A stretch of 64,000 nucleotides of DNA, taken from Eledone cirrhosa. Its lineage: Eukaryota. Of the stretch, positions 13,734-26,490 are shown piece after piece (positions within the stretch are counted from its first letter, which is position 1; every line of letters starts with the position of its first letter). The translations under genes and the position numbers were made by a program. The DNA is taken from assembly GCA_964016885.1 (NCBI GenBank), contig OZ024762.1:20832001-20896000 (forward strand), in the 5' to 3' direction. The notes under the pieces were generated by a model that worked only from the letters and a program-made list of their open reading frames with translations, was not told where the DNA came from and did no database searches.

Positions 13734-14629
13734 ACTCCTAATCTATGAAAGAAACAGCCAGTGAACCCATACATTTAAAGAGATTTCTCCGTACATTAAT
13801 TAGATTTCATTTATTGTTGTTTATTGCTGAATTTTCCATTACATACTCTATTACGTGTTCCAGCTGATAGGCTGAGGCCATACTGGGGCACCTTCATACT
13901 AATATATATCATCAATAGAAAAATGGTCTTGCATTAGATAATACAAATTAAGAGTTAATTTATTGGATGTGACAATTAGCTGTAATCAATAACATTTTCT
14001 CCATAGATTAAGTAAAGTAAGAGGCCATTCATCACATACAAAAATTACTTGTCCTATTATTTTTTATCACCATTTTTTTTTTCTTTCTCTTGAAAGTATA
14101 ATCTGAATTCTGGAAACTCTCTATCGATTTCTAATTCAACATTGTCCACTCTTTTCTCTTAACACTAAGACAAATCATTAATAAGACAACATAAATCCAT
14201 AAATTCATACCTTTAAAAATAAGTATCGGTAACTCCTTAACCACTCTTTACTAATATTTTGTCACATTCTTAGATTATATCTTGTTGTAATTCAATCCGA
14301 GATATTTTCAGTGTATCTTGCTGACATTAGCTCAATAATATCTACATTACTTTTCGTTAATTGTTACTTAATTGCATAGCATATTGGAAGAAATTAAACG
14401 AATTGTGACGTTTTCTTAATGCCTGAATTAATTGCTTAGTCTCTTATGCAACATTTCTCAATCAATATTTTTACCCCTGTAGAACCCTTGAAATAGTTTT
14501 CATGTCTCAGCAATGACCAATGCATGAGCCCCCATTTGCTTACAATGGTGAGGGAAGGAGAGAGCAGGAGAGATGGAGGTGGTGACAGTGGAAGTTTGCT
14601 TCTTTTGTTAGGATCTGGTGTATATCGTC

Positions 14630-14850
14630 ATCATTATCATCATCATTTAGCGTCCATCTTCCACGCTAGCATGGGTTGGACGGTTTTGTCCCACTTGAGG
14701 CGAGATTGGTTGGGAGACTGTGTCTCGCTCGTACAGAACTGTCTCTGGCAGGTTTTCTACGGCTGGATGCCCTTCCTAACACCAACCTCATTGACACTGT
14801 GGACTGGGAGCCTTTTTACCGTGTCTCCTACATGACCACTTTAGAGTGTA
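14630..14850 (-). mobile_element. RTE 3' UTR fragment with (GAT)n tail
   Basis: Reverse complement of 54400-54570. Confidence 0.8.
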
Positions 14851-15159
14851 TGTATATGCTTCACGGACACACACACAAACATAACCATGACAGCCCTAAC
14901 TGTAAATTGTGGACAACTTACTGACTTGTGTCCAATTTAACAAGTTTTGTGATGTCATATGCAAACTGAATGCCAAGAATTGTAATATCTTCATACGACT
15001 CGCTTGAAATAAAATTGAAACTGTATGGGCTAGCTTTGACAATTTATCTCCACACAGTCATGGTATCAGAATTAGGGAGGGGGTTGTAACAACATACTGT
15101 AAAACATTCAGTTTCAAGAAATTTTCCTTCAAAGGCCACATGACTTTCATGAATGTTAT

Positions 15160-15800
15160 CAGACAATGTCCAACATTCATTTGCCACATGTGATGTTGTC
15201 CAACATTCATTAGACAGTCTGATGACATTAACTCCACCTGTCCATGGTTATGTTTGGTGAAGGTCATCATTTGCCACATGTGATAGAATTGGTCTCCTCA
15301 CACAATGCTCAACATTCATTTGACATTGTATGATTACATTAACTCCTGTCCATGGCTGTTTGGTGAAGGTCATCAAATGCTACATGTGGAGTTGTCATCA
15401 GACTAAGTTCATTAGACAGTCTTAGGACATCAATACCTCCTGTCCTTGGCTATATCTATTGGTCATTAAACGCCACATGTGGAGTTGGTCATCAATGTTC
15501 ATTAGATACAGTCTTAGGACATCAACACCTCCTGGTCATGGCTATATCCATTGGTCATCAAATGCCACATGTAGAGTTGGACATCAGTGTTCATTAGACA
15601 CCATCTTAGGACATCAACACCTCCTGGTCATGGCTATATCCACTGGTCATCAAATGCAACATGTGGAGTTGGTCATCAATGTTCATTACACAGTCTTAGG
15701 ACATCAACACCTCCTGGTCATGGCTATATCCACATGTGGTGTTGATGTCATCAATGTTCATTAGACACAGCCTTAGGACATCAACACCTCCTGGTACATG
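15160..15800. repeat. Degenerate ~90-bp tandem repeat
   Basis: Recurring gttcattagacagtcttaggacatcaacacctcctggtcatggctatatcc at ~15407, 15497, 15588, 15680 and 15756, with more diverged units upstream. Confidence 0.8.
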
Positions 15801-16158
15801 CCTACATTCACTAAAGATGGATGGAACACATCGTCTTTATGATGTAATTGTCATTAGAAGCTGGCAGTATTTTTTGGGACCCTCAAATAGGACTTGGCTC
15901 ATTAACATTTAGTTCTTTAAAATTGGTTTTATAAGAATAAATCTTTGTAGTTTTATTTGGTTCAGCCTTTATCAGAATTTATGTGAGAATGTTATAAATA
16001 TTTAATTCTTAATCAAATATTCTATATTGATTGCTTTCTTTATCTATATAAGATAACTGCAAAGTAGAAAACATTTCTCATAAACTACAAGAACATTTAT
16101 AAGAAAACTATTTTTGTTTGGTTTACAGTATATTTGTTTGTGTGTATGTATGTATATA

Positions 16159-16189
<31 letters not shown>

Positions 16190-16259
16190 GTGTGCATATA
16201 TGTGTGGTTTGTTTGTCTATATATCAAATATAAAAGATTATTAGAGACAAATATTTAAA

Positions 16260-16288
16260 TATATATATATATAGTGTGTGTGTGTGTG

Positions 16289-16357
<69 letters not shown>

Positions 16358-16428
16358 GTGTGTATGTATATATATATATATGTGTGTGTATATATATATA
16401 TATATATGTGTGTGTATATATATATATA

Positions 16429-16459
<31 letters not shown>

Positions 16460-16878
16460 GTGTGTGTGTATATATATATATATATGTGTATGTATATATA
16501 TATATATATGTGTATATATATATATGTGTGTATGTATATATATATATGTGTGTGTGTATGTATATATATATATATATGTGTGTGTATGTATATATATATA
16601 TATGTGTGTGTATGTATATATATATATATATGTGTGTATGTATATATATATATATATGTGTGTATGTATATATATATATATATGTGTGTATGTATATATA
16701 TATATATGTGTGTATGTATATATATATATATGTGTGTATGTATATATATATATATGTGTGTGTATGTATATATATATATATGTGTGTGTATGTATATATA
16801 TATATATGTGTGTGTATGTATATATATATATATGTGTGTGTATGTATATATATATATGTGTGTGTATATATATATATA

Positions 16879-16909
<31 letters not shown>

Positions 16910-16956
16910 GTGTGTATGTATATATATATATATGTGTGTATATATATATATATTGC

Positions 16957-16988
<32 letters not shown>
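16260..16988. repeat. (TA)n/(TG)n compound microsatellite
   Basis: Direct inspection. Confidence 0.97.
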
Positions 16989-17259
16989 ACATTTGTCTCT
17001 AGTAATCTTTTATATTTGATATATACACAAACAAACCACACACACACACACAATGTTAATTTAGCCAGACACACTTAGAAGACACCACTGTCAACAATGT
17101 ATAGACCGTTCCACCATTTTCTATTTTTAATTTTCTAATCTATCTATTACTGTACTCTCCTGAGGACGGACTACCATCCCGATATGTGGAACTTTTTTTC
17201 TTTCTTTTATCCAAAGTGTGAATCTAATAACACTAATTGTTTTTGTATCTATGTTTATC

Positions 17260-17310
<51 letters not shown>

Positions 17311-17448
17311 TATATATATGTATATATGTTTATATATATGTATATATGTTTATATATATATATATATGTTTATATATATATATGTTTATATATATATATA
17401 TATGTTTATATATATATATATATGTTTATATATATGTATATATGTGTG

Positions 17449-17487
<39 letters not shown>

Positions 17488-17705
17488 CCCAGGTTCAATC
17501 GGGGCTGACCACAGTTAGTAAGGTACTCAATACATTAGTAGAGTGTAAACATCATGTTTAATAAAGAAATGGCTTCTACAGGACTAGAACAGTTTCATTC
17601 GAAAGAAATAATCTGATGATTTCTTTTGAATGAAACAGTTCTAATTCTGTAGAGGCTATTTCTTTATTAAATTTTATGTGTGTGTGTGTGTATATATATA
17701 TATAT

Positions 17706-18405
17706 TATCATCATCATCATCCTTTAACGTCCATTTTCCACACTAGTATGGGTTAGATGGGTTGTCTCATGAGATGCAAGTTGGCTCAGCTGACCATATC
17801 TTGCTCATATAAAACTGTTTCTGGCTTGGTTTCTACAGCTGGATGCCCTTCCTAATGCCAACCACATTTACAGTGTATGCTGGGTGCTTTTTTGTCGTGA
17901 CACCTACACAACTACTTTACAGTGTGGGCTGCATGCTTTTTGTCATGACACCCACATGACCACTTTACAGTATGGGTTGGATGCTTTTTTGTGTTGACAT
18001 CTACATAACTTTACAGTGTAAGGGTAGTGTGGACAGAAGTGGGTGGGAGTGTATGGAAGTGGGTATAGTGGTGGTTAAGAGGTGCCTACTAGATGTATTT
18101 TTGAGTTTGTGCGCATGGGAAGGAATGTCTGCTGTATTACTGCATAACATCAAAGATCTCGATCCTTATCACCCCATCCCAGGACTTCCTGGATCTTCCT
18201 AACCATAGTTTCCATTAATTTTGATCGCCCTGCACCACCTTGTACAGCTGTCATCCTTCATATGCATCACATGACCATACCAATGCAGTCTCCTCTCTAG
18301 CACACTGCATCTGATCCCTCTTATGCCTAATTTCTTTCTCAGTTCATTTACACTTTGCAGTTCATGTATATTACTATTACACATCCATCAGAGCATGCAT
18401 GTTTC
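17706..18405 (-). mobile_element. Older 5'-truncated copy of the RTE family seen at 50.3 kb
   Basis: ORF 18199-18384 (MCNSNIHELQSVNELRKKLGIRGIRC..ERRLHWYGHVMHMKDDSC) aligns with the 50277 ORF C-terminus, followed by the 3' UTR and (GAT)n. Confidence 0.88.
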
Positions 18406-18529
18406 ATCATCATTTAATGTCCATTTTCCACGCTAGCATGGATACTTACAGCTGCCTTCTTCAAGCAGGCAAGGATGATACAGCAATAAAACTTTTCCAG
18501 TGATGGTTATTTTGTGCCAGTTGTTCAAG

Positions 18530-18753
18530 CAATCAAATCGATTGACAAATTCCAGACCTCATTTGCTTACTGAGTGGGGTGGAGCTCGTCAGATCAGATC
18601 AAGAAAACAATGTTTCCATTGGTCTTTCCATTGCTGATACTATCTACCAGTCACTACTCCTGGCACAGAGAGCAATGTGAAATGAAGTGTCTTGCTCAAG
18701 GACATAATGCATTCTCACAATTATGAACTCAATTCTCCAACCATTAAACCAAA
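18530..18753 (-). mobile_element. Older CORE-type SINE with apparent 15-bp TSD
   Basis: Flanked by tgccagttgttcaag (18515-18529) and tgccagttgttgaag (18754-18768). Confidence 0.75.
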
Positions 18754-18894
18754 TGCCAGTTGTTGAAGTTACTTAAAACTCCTTTCTTAGGTAATGTTAT
18801 TATCATTCCATCACTCCTGGCCATCATCATCTTTGTGTGCACTACATAAAGTTATAAAGATGTCTCAACTCTTCTCTGGTGATATATCCTCCAT

Positions 18895-19311
18895 GTTTAA
18901 ACCAGCCATATCCAGCCAGAATTCTATCACCTCTTTCTGATCAAACTGATCATAATTGGCCTCCTATACTGATGTTAACCCTTTAGCATTCACATTACTC
19001 TATATACACTATTATATTTTCATGGTAAAGGCTTTATCTCACATAATATCGAATCTATGAGATTTTGAAAGTATTTATTTTGAGAACAATACCTTAACAT
19101 CAGTATGAGTGGCCAGTTACAGCCAGTTTCAACAGAAAGAGGTAGAGAATTCTGGCCGGTTTGAACATTAAAGGGTTAAGGTATTGTTCTCAAAATAAAT
19201 TGTATCAAAATCTCATAGATTCTATATTATGTGAGATAATTATGCGAGATAAAGCCTTTACTGTGAAAATATAATAGGAAATATTGAGTAATGTAAATAA
19301 ATGCCAAAGGG
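18895..19311 (-). mobile_element. piggyBac-type MITE family 1 (outer copy) containing a nested opposite-orientation copy at 18979-19175
   Basis: The inner copy ccctttagcatt...aaaggg is flanked by TTAA at 18975-78 and 19176-79. Removing it restores catactgatgttaaggtattgttctc of the outer copy. Confidence 0.85.
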
Positions 19312-19654
19312 TTAAGCAATTCTACAGTTATCTTATCTAGCCTCCTATCTTGTTCACCAGGCAATGAATGCTTTTGGCAAATTCTTCTGCTGAGGTGTGT
19401 TCATTTGTCACCTGCAGGTGGTCTACCAAAGGCTTCACCTTGTCGAAGTGGAAGAGGTTAATCAGGTCTAGTCAATTAAGAACTTCCTGGAAATGTCCTA
19501 CCCTCTTGGCTGGTAGTTCTTCACTTGTTATCAACACCCCACAATTCTTACTCTTAATTATCACACATGAACCAGTTTTCACTCCTGTTAGCATTTTGAC
19601 AATTCTGTAGAGACCTGTGACATCTAGTATCATTTCTCACTATAGCTTCTTCCT

Positions 19655-19858
19655 AAACCCTTTAGCATTTACATTACTCAATATTTGCTATTGTATTTTC
19701 ATGGCAAACACTTTATCTCACATAATATTGAATCTATGAGATTTTTGTATTATTTATTTTGAGAACAATACCTTAACATAAGTATGAGCAGCCGGTTTGA
19801 ACAGAACAAAGTGAGAGAATTCTGGCCGGATATGGCTGGTGTAAATGCTAAAGAGTTA
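19655..19858 (+). mobile_element. piggyBac-type MITE family 1
   Basis: ccctttagcatttac ... gtaaatgctaaagagttaa. Confidence 0.8.
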
Positions 19859-20949
19859 AAGCTGTATTCTACATAAGTCTGACTAAATAGCAGTTCTGGG
19901 ACTAGGAACATGTCAATTTTATTTTGCTGTAATGTAATGAAATGTCTGAAAGCCTAAAGACCCAGCCATCAGTTAATATAGTCCAGCGAGACCCCTGTGC
20001 AATGGTTTAAAGAACAAGAAAACTGTTTTCTCAGAATATGTATAAATTCTTCAATTTGGCAATAAAAGACAATAACATATTTCTGAATAGGTTAATTAAA
20101 TATGATTTATAGTTTATACTTCAAATATATATTTTGTCAATTTTTGATTTTAAGTATATAATCAAATTAGATTTTTTTTTTCTAAGTTATTACAAATAAT
20201 AATAATAATAAGAAGAAGATAGTATTAATATAGTAATAAAATAAAAATGATAATAATAAATAATAATAATAATAATAATGATGATAACACTGACAATTTC
20301 TTTCTCTTTTGTCTAAAATGACTTTTCCTCATAAACCTATCTACAATAATTAGATTTTTTTTTTTATGCTAGAAAAGTTATTCATCATAAAATGTCATAA
20401 AATTCTGAAAACATTACTCAGGTTGACTTTTATGGCTGAAAAGTAATGTTGCTTTATCTTTAAAAAAAAAAAAAAAAAAAATAATAATAATAATAATAAT
20501 AATAATAGCTACAACAAAAACAATAACTAAAAATATAAGAAACGATAATTTTTGGAAGTTTTAGTTGTGGCAATGAAGTATGAATATCTCTGCAAACATT
20601 TATTCAGTATTGTCTCATTTCTCATATACATGCAACAGCATCATTAATGATAGTTTTATGTGGATTTTTGGCCTTAATACACAAGCTGCCATCTAAACCA
20701 TCTCAACCTTCTTTATCCTTGTTGGCCAGCATCATTGATAGTCACAATCAATAGAGAAATATTTACTTTATATGATATTACATATTTATTTTTATTCTCA
20801 GCCTCATTATCAAACATCGATTTCACTTTATTGTATGTGTGTGTGTGTGATTCTCCAGTGTATTCCGTTTGATATTGTTTACAGTTTTCGTAGTTAAAAT
20901 AAAGCATCGGCAGATTTTCTTGTTTTTCTCTCGACTGGTAGAAAAAAAT

Positions 20950-21295
20950 AGTGTCAGGAGAATTCTTCAGTTGTGTCAAAAACACACCCAGTATACTCTG
21001 TAATAGAAGACCTGCCAAATGAAGGGATGTGAGGATTCTTCAGTTGTGTCGGACATGACAACCTCGATAGTGTTGGTGATCTATGGGATAAACACACCCA
21101 GTACACTCTGTAATAGAAAACCTGCCAAAGTGCTGGGAGGATTCTTCAACTGTCAAAGACAGGACAACCTCCCTAATGCTGGTGATCCATGAGATAAACA
21201 CACCCAGTACACTCTGTGATAGAAAAACCTGCCATGCAAAGGGTTGGGAGCATTCTTCAGTTGTGTCAGACATGACAACCTCCCTAGTGCTGGTG
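20950..21295. repeat. ~105-bp tandem triplication of an RTE/SINE-tail-related repeat
   Basis: ttcttcagttgtgtc...aacacacccagtacactctgtaatagaaaacctgcca repeated three times. Confidence 0.7.
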
Positions 21296-21569
21296 CCATA
21301 ATTGAATGCAGTCAGTAGTGTGTGGGAACATTTTGTGAGATGCGAGACCCCAGTCAATCTGAACACTTGGTAGGGGTGGGAATGTATGTGAAATGCACAC
21401 CTCTGGTCCATCTCAAGGGTCAGTAACTCTGCTTGAGTACTGTCTCAGTCTATAAACACCCTTTCAATACTTGCTAGCAGGGAAACTAGATGTTAAATGA
21501 TGATGATGATGTAATGTATAATTTTATTAACTTCACAGGGAAGAGGTTAATGAAATCATCATCATCATT

Positions 21570-22210
21570 TAATGTTTATTTTCTATGCTTGCATGGGTTT
21601 GGCGGGTTGTCATGTACCGAGGCTAGATTAGTTAGATGACCATGCCTTGCTTGTATGTATATTTTGGCTTAGTTTCTACAGCTGAATGCCTTTCTTAATA
21701 CCAACCACTTAACAGCATATAATGGGAGCATTTTATCTTGATTCTAGCATTACCAACTTATAGGATGGATAGTGTGCTTTTTGATATCAGCACTATCACC
21801 TTACACGGTAAATGAGTGCTTTACGCCATGGCACCAGTTCTAGCACCTTACAGGATAGACGGGGTGCATTTTTTCACAGCACCAGCACTTCAACCTTACA
21901 GGATAGACTGAGTGTATTTTGTCATGGCACCAGCACTACCACATCACTGGGTAGACTGGATGTATTTTCTCATGTCACCAACACTATCACCTTACAGGAT
22001 AAATGGGTGCTTTTTTTCCCATGGCACTAGTACCAGCACCTTACAAGGTAGACTGGGTGCATTTTGTCACAGCACCAGCACTACCACTTAACAGGGTAAA
22101 CTGGGTGTATTTTGTCATGGCACCAGTGATATTGCCTTACAGTACAGAATAGGTGCATTTTTTAAATCATATTAGTACTACCACTTAACAGGGTGGGCTG
22201 GGTGTATTAT
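21570..22210 (-). repeat. RTE 3' UTR remnant with degenerate ~45-bp tandem units
   Basis: (CAT)n tail and ttctacagctgaatgcctttc, then ~10 units like accttacaggatagactgggtgcattttgtcatggcaccagcact. Confidence 0.7.
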
Positions 22211-22698
22211 TATGGTTCTAATACTGGGTAGGCATTGATAAAAATGAAAGGAGGCCATGCCACCATGGGAGGAGTGGAAGCAGCCTTGAAGAAAGTGAAC
22301 TGTATTTGGTGGTATATATTGAGGCATGCCTAATGAAATTTTTCTCTAAAAAGTGGGCATCATCATTGTCTTTATCATTTTATGTCCGTTCTTTGCTTGC
22401 TTGGGTTGGACAGGTCCTTCTCATTACAGCATCTCTCCATTTGTTGCATTCCTTTTTCATCTCCTCCAAACAAACTCCTATGGTTGAAAAACCCTTTTGA
22501 AACCCAAACTCTGCTATACATACATAGACATTGCGTCTGCTAATCTATCTATATCTATATAATACTAAAAGTCTGTGATTGCTTGCTTGCTTGTCTGTAA
22601 TGTAATACAGCCAAAAGGGCACATAATTGGGAAATACTTTGAAAGGAAGTTGCCCCTGAAATGGGAATATAAATGGAATAAAAAGTTTCGCGTAAATC

Positions 22699-22744
<46 letters not shown>

Positions 22745-22745
<1 letters not shown>

Positions 22746-23087
22746 GTACATGGCTTAGTGGTTAGAGCATTGGCCTTGCAATCGAAAGGTTGTGAGTTCA
22801 ATTCTCAGACTGGGTGATGTGTTGTTTCTTTGAGCAAGACACTTTATTTCACATTGCTCCAGTTTACTCAGCTGTAGAAATGAGATGATAGGGACTGGGG
22901 TCCATATCATTCCACTGCAAAGTGGTCGTGGAGGTGCCACGGCAAACAAGCACCCAGCACTCACTGTAAATGAGGTTGGTGTTAGGAAGGGCATCCAGCT
23001 GTAGAAATCAAGCCAGCATCAGTTCCCGTCCCACCCTTGCAAGCAGGGGAAAAGCGGACATGAAATGATGATGATGATGATGATGAT
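22745..23087 (+). mobile_element. Family A SINE
   Basis: Near-identical to 3310-3654. Confidence 0.9.
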
Positions 23088-25814
23088 ATGTGTGTGTGTG
23101 TCTATGACCAGTGCATATAGATCACTGACACACACATGCATACATATACATATATATATATATATATATACATATACAAAAGCAGACGTAAAATGATGAT
23201 GATAATATACATATATATATATACATATATATATACATATAGATATAGATATATATATATATATAAAATCTCAGTAACATTGAAACTAACTTCTTTGAAA
23301 TTTTTTTGGGGTTTTCCCAACTTTCCTGTTAAATCTGATAGTAATCACATGCAGGACATGTGATTAGGTTTTATTTGTCTTTTCCTGTAAGATAATAGCA
23401 ATTGTTTTGTTCAAAATGAATTAACTCCCTTCCCCACACTCCCTTGTTTACTGTCCATGATCTATTGTTAGAGATAGTTATTCTGTTAACCTCTTGACCT
23501 CTCTTTAATAGTCATTACAAACACAAACGCCGCCACCACCACCACCACAACAACAGGAAGAAGTTAACTCTGATATTACAGACTTCAACCTTCCCCTCTG
23601 TCTAAATATCACCCACTCAGCAACTGTCACATTAAATTTTATCTCCTGTAATCTTGGTGATTAAAGGGCAGCAAATTATTGGTAGATTCATTTGGGGCAG
23701 GGGCGGTGTCATTGATAATTGTTTCACTATTTCTTCCAGCTCTCTCTACTATCTGAGCTCAAATCCCACTGAGGTCAACTTTGTCTTTCATATTTTTGAG
23801 GTAGATAAATAAGAAGACCTTTTTTCTGATTACTGAATGAGTTTATTATTAAAATATAAGGGCAGTGGATTGGCAGTATTGGTAGAATGTCAGACAACAT
23901 GCTTTGTAGCATAGAGTTTTTGGCATGGTTTCTACAGTTATCTACCCTTCTATCACCAACCACCTTACAGAGTGTACTGGGTGCATTTTTCATGGCACCA
24001 ACACTAGAGACATCCTCAGACCATGCCGTATAATTATTCTAGTGTTTGAAATATTTCTTTTGAAATAGAAAATGAAAAATAATCATTGAGTGTTAAAAAG
24101 TAATATAGTATTGTCATCGTTTAACATCCACTTTCCTTGCTAGCCAGGGTTGGGTTGGTTCTCAAGCAGAGCTACTGAACTAATGAATAGGCTGGGAGCT
24201 GGCATGTTGCTTCCATGTTCTTGTATTCTCAATAGGTTGCACTCTTTGCATGGATTCCCTTGACTCTCTGTCACCATCTAATTCTATTGTTCATCATATT
24301 CAACAGGTCAGAGGGATTGCAATTTGTGTTGTCACAAATTTACTTGAATAAGTCTTGGCTTGTCATCCTCTACTGCATGGCTTTGTGGTTAAGGTATTTG
24401 ACTCATGATTGTAAGGTTGTGAGTTTGATTCCCGGTGGAGTTTGATTATCCTTGAGAAAGACACTTTATTTCACGTTGCTCCAGTCCACTCGGCTGTGCC
24501 ATTAATTCAAAGGGCCAGCCTTGTCACTTTTGGTGTCAGACAGAATCTTCAAGAGAACTACATTAAGGGTATGCGTGTCTGTGGGATGCTCAGCCACCAG
24601 CCATGCACGTTAATTTCACGAGCAGGCTTTCCATTGATTGGATCAATTGGAACACTTGTCATAACTGATGGAGTGCCATCCAAGACTCCCACAAAAGAAC
24701 TTCACTAACAATTCCGTCTTTAGCTCTCCAGCAATGCCCCTCGAATCTGACTCAACACTCTTTGATGATGTCTGGTAAACAAGATGAATTGATACAATAA
24801 TCAATCAATGTTTAGAATACATCATCAAATATTAACAACATAATTTAATGATAAAGAAATACAGTATGTAAAATGAGATGTTAACAGTAACAATAATTAT
24901 GTTTCTTCTAATGAGCAAGGTACACAGACATCATAAATAGTATCGTGTATTTACTATGAAGGTCAACTTTGCCTTTCATCCATTTGAGGTAGATAACACA
25001 GTACTTGACTAGTACTGGAGTTGATTCTTCCTCTCTCTAACTCAGAATGTAAAGAGCTAGGGCTGTAACTATGCTGCGAAGCATTATGTCCGGCGCTCCA
25101 CTGATACTGCCAATCCACCGTCCTAATGTGAAACTCATAATAATGAAAATAAATATAATTGAAATTTGATACCTCATTCTTCTCTGGAAAAAATCTACTG
25201 TGTTCAGACCTGGATAGGGAAGGCTCTACCAGGCTTAAAATATCCAAGAAACATGTCTGTCAATATGGTGCCGCAATTCCACCAGGAGTTATGGGACCAT
25301 ACTATACATTTGCTGTCAGGTTCCAACAGTCCTGAACTTACCAGTTTCCAAAAACTAATAATATTTCTAATTGCTGATTTCCTTTCCTTAATTATAGTTT
25401 TAATTATCCTATCAAACAAGAAGTCTCATTTCTTTACTAATTAGATTTAATCTTTGATGGAACATTTTTATTGATGTTTACAACTTCAACACAGTGAAAT
25501 CTATGTTTTCTGCGTTATTGGAATAAGCTAGATGAAACAGCTGTTGTGATAATATTAATTTTGAAATGCCAAATTACTAAAATAAATCTGAGCTGCATAA
25601 ATATGAAAATATTTTATATTTTTGATATGCCATGAAATTTATAGATTCAGATGAAGATAACTCTCTCAACACCACCAGCCTGTCAAAAACCTCCTCTATT
25701 AAAATTTTCAAATTTAAATTAATATCTTGGACTAATTTTTTTATTATTACATGACAGATAAATTTAGATTTCAGTAGTTAAATATTTTCCTTTTATTATT
25801 TAATTGAATAAAAA

Positions 25815-26490
25815 GGGCGGTGGATTGGCAGAATCGGTACATCGTCAGACAACATGCTTTGTGGCATATAGTTATGTACCTTTATGTTCTGAGTTCAAAT
25901 CCAGCCAAGGTTAGATTTGCCTTTCATCCTTATGGGGTTGATAAAATAAAGTACCAGTAATGCACTGAGGTCTATTTAATTGACTTTTCCCTCCTCCAAA
26001 ATTGCTGGCCTTTTGTCTATAGTAGAAACAATTATTATAAAGGCGGTGGATTGACAGACTTGGTAGGGCGTCGGATAAGATGCTTTGTGGCATATAGTTA
26101 TGTCCCTTTATGTTCTGATTTCAAATCCTTCTAAAGTTAGCTTTGCCTATCATCCTTTCGGGATTGATAAAATAAAGTACCAGTAATGCACTAGGATCGA
26201 TTTAATTAACTTCCTCTCCCTCAAAATTGTTGGCCTTGTGCCTAAATCAGAAACAGTTATCTAATTGAATAAAACAAAAAGGGGGGAGGTTGTTTGGTAG
26301 ACTTGGTAGAGTGTCAGATGAAATGCCTTTGTGGTATTTGCTCTGACTCTTTAAGTTCTGACTTCTAATCCCCACAAAGTTAACTTTGCCCTTCATCCTT
26401 CCAAGGGTGGATAAAATAAAATACCAGTCAAATATTGAGGCCAATTTAATTGTCTTTCCTCTCTTCCCAAATTGCTGGCCCTGTGCCCTA
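25815..26490 (+). mobile_element. Three head-to-tail copies of SINE family B
   Basis: Each copy reads ggcggtggattggcaga..gagttcaaatcc..ctttgcctttcatcct..gataaaataaagtaccagt..aattgctggccttgtgccta..agaaacaattatt. Starts at ~25815, 26042 and 26282. Confidence 0.85.

Larger units (their letters stand above)
18425..19635 (-). mobile_element. Very decayed RTE RT fragment interrupted by a SINE and nested MITEs
   Basis: Minus-strand pieces SAEEFAKSIHCLVNKIG, MIITLPKKGVLSNFNNW and NWHKITITGKV resemble the conserved RTE motifs EEV..AI..LK and I..IPKKGD.S.C.NWRGITLL..PGKVF. Confidence 0.6.

Noticed and set aside
25160-25345. Relatively GC-rich unique stretch open in several frames
   Set aside because: No recognisable protein motif and no consistent splice signals.
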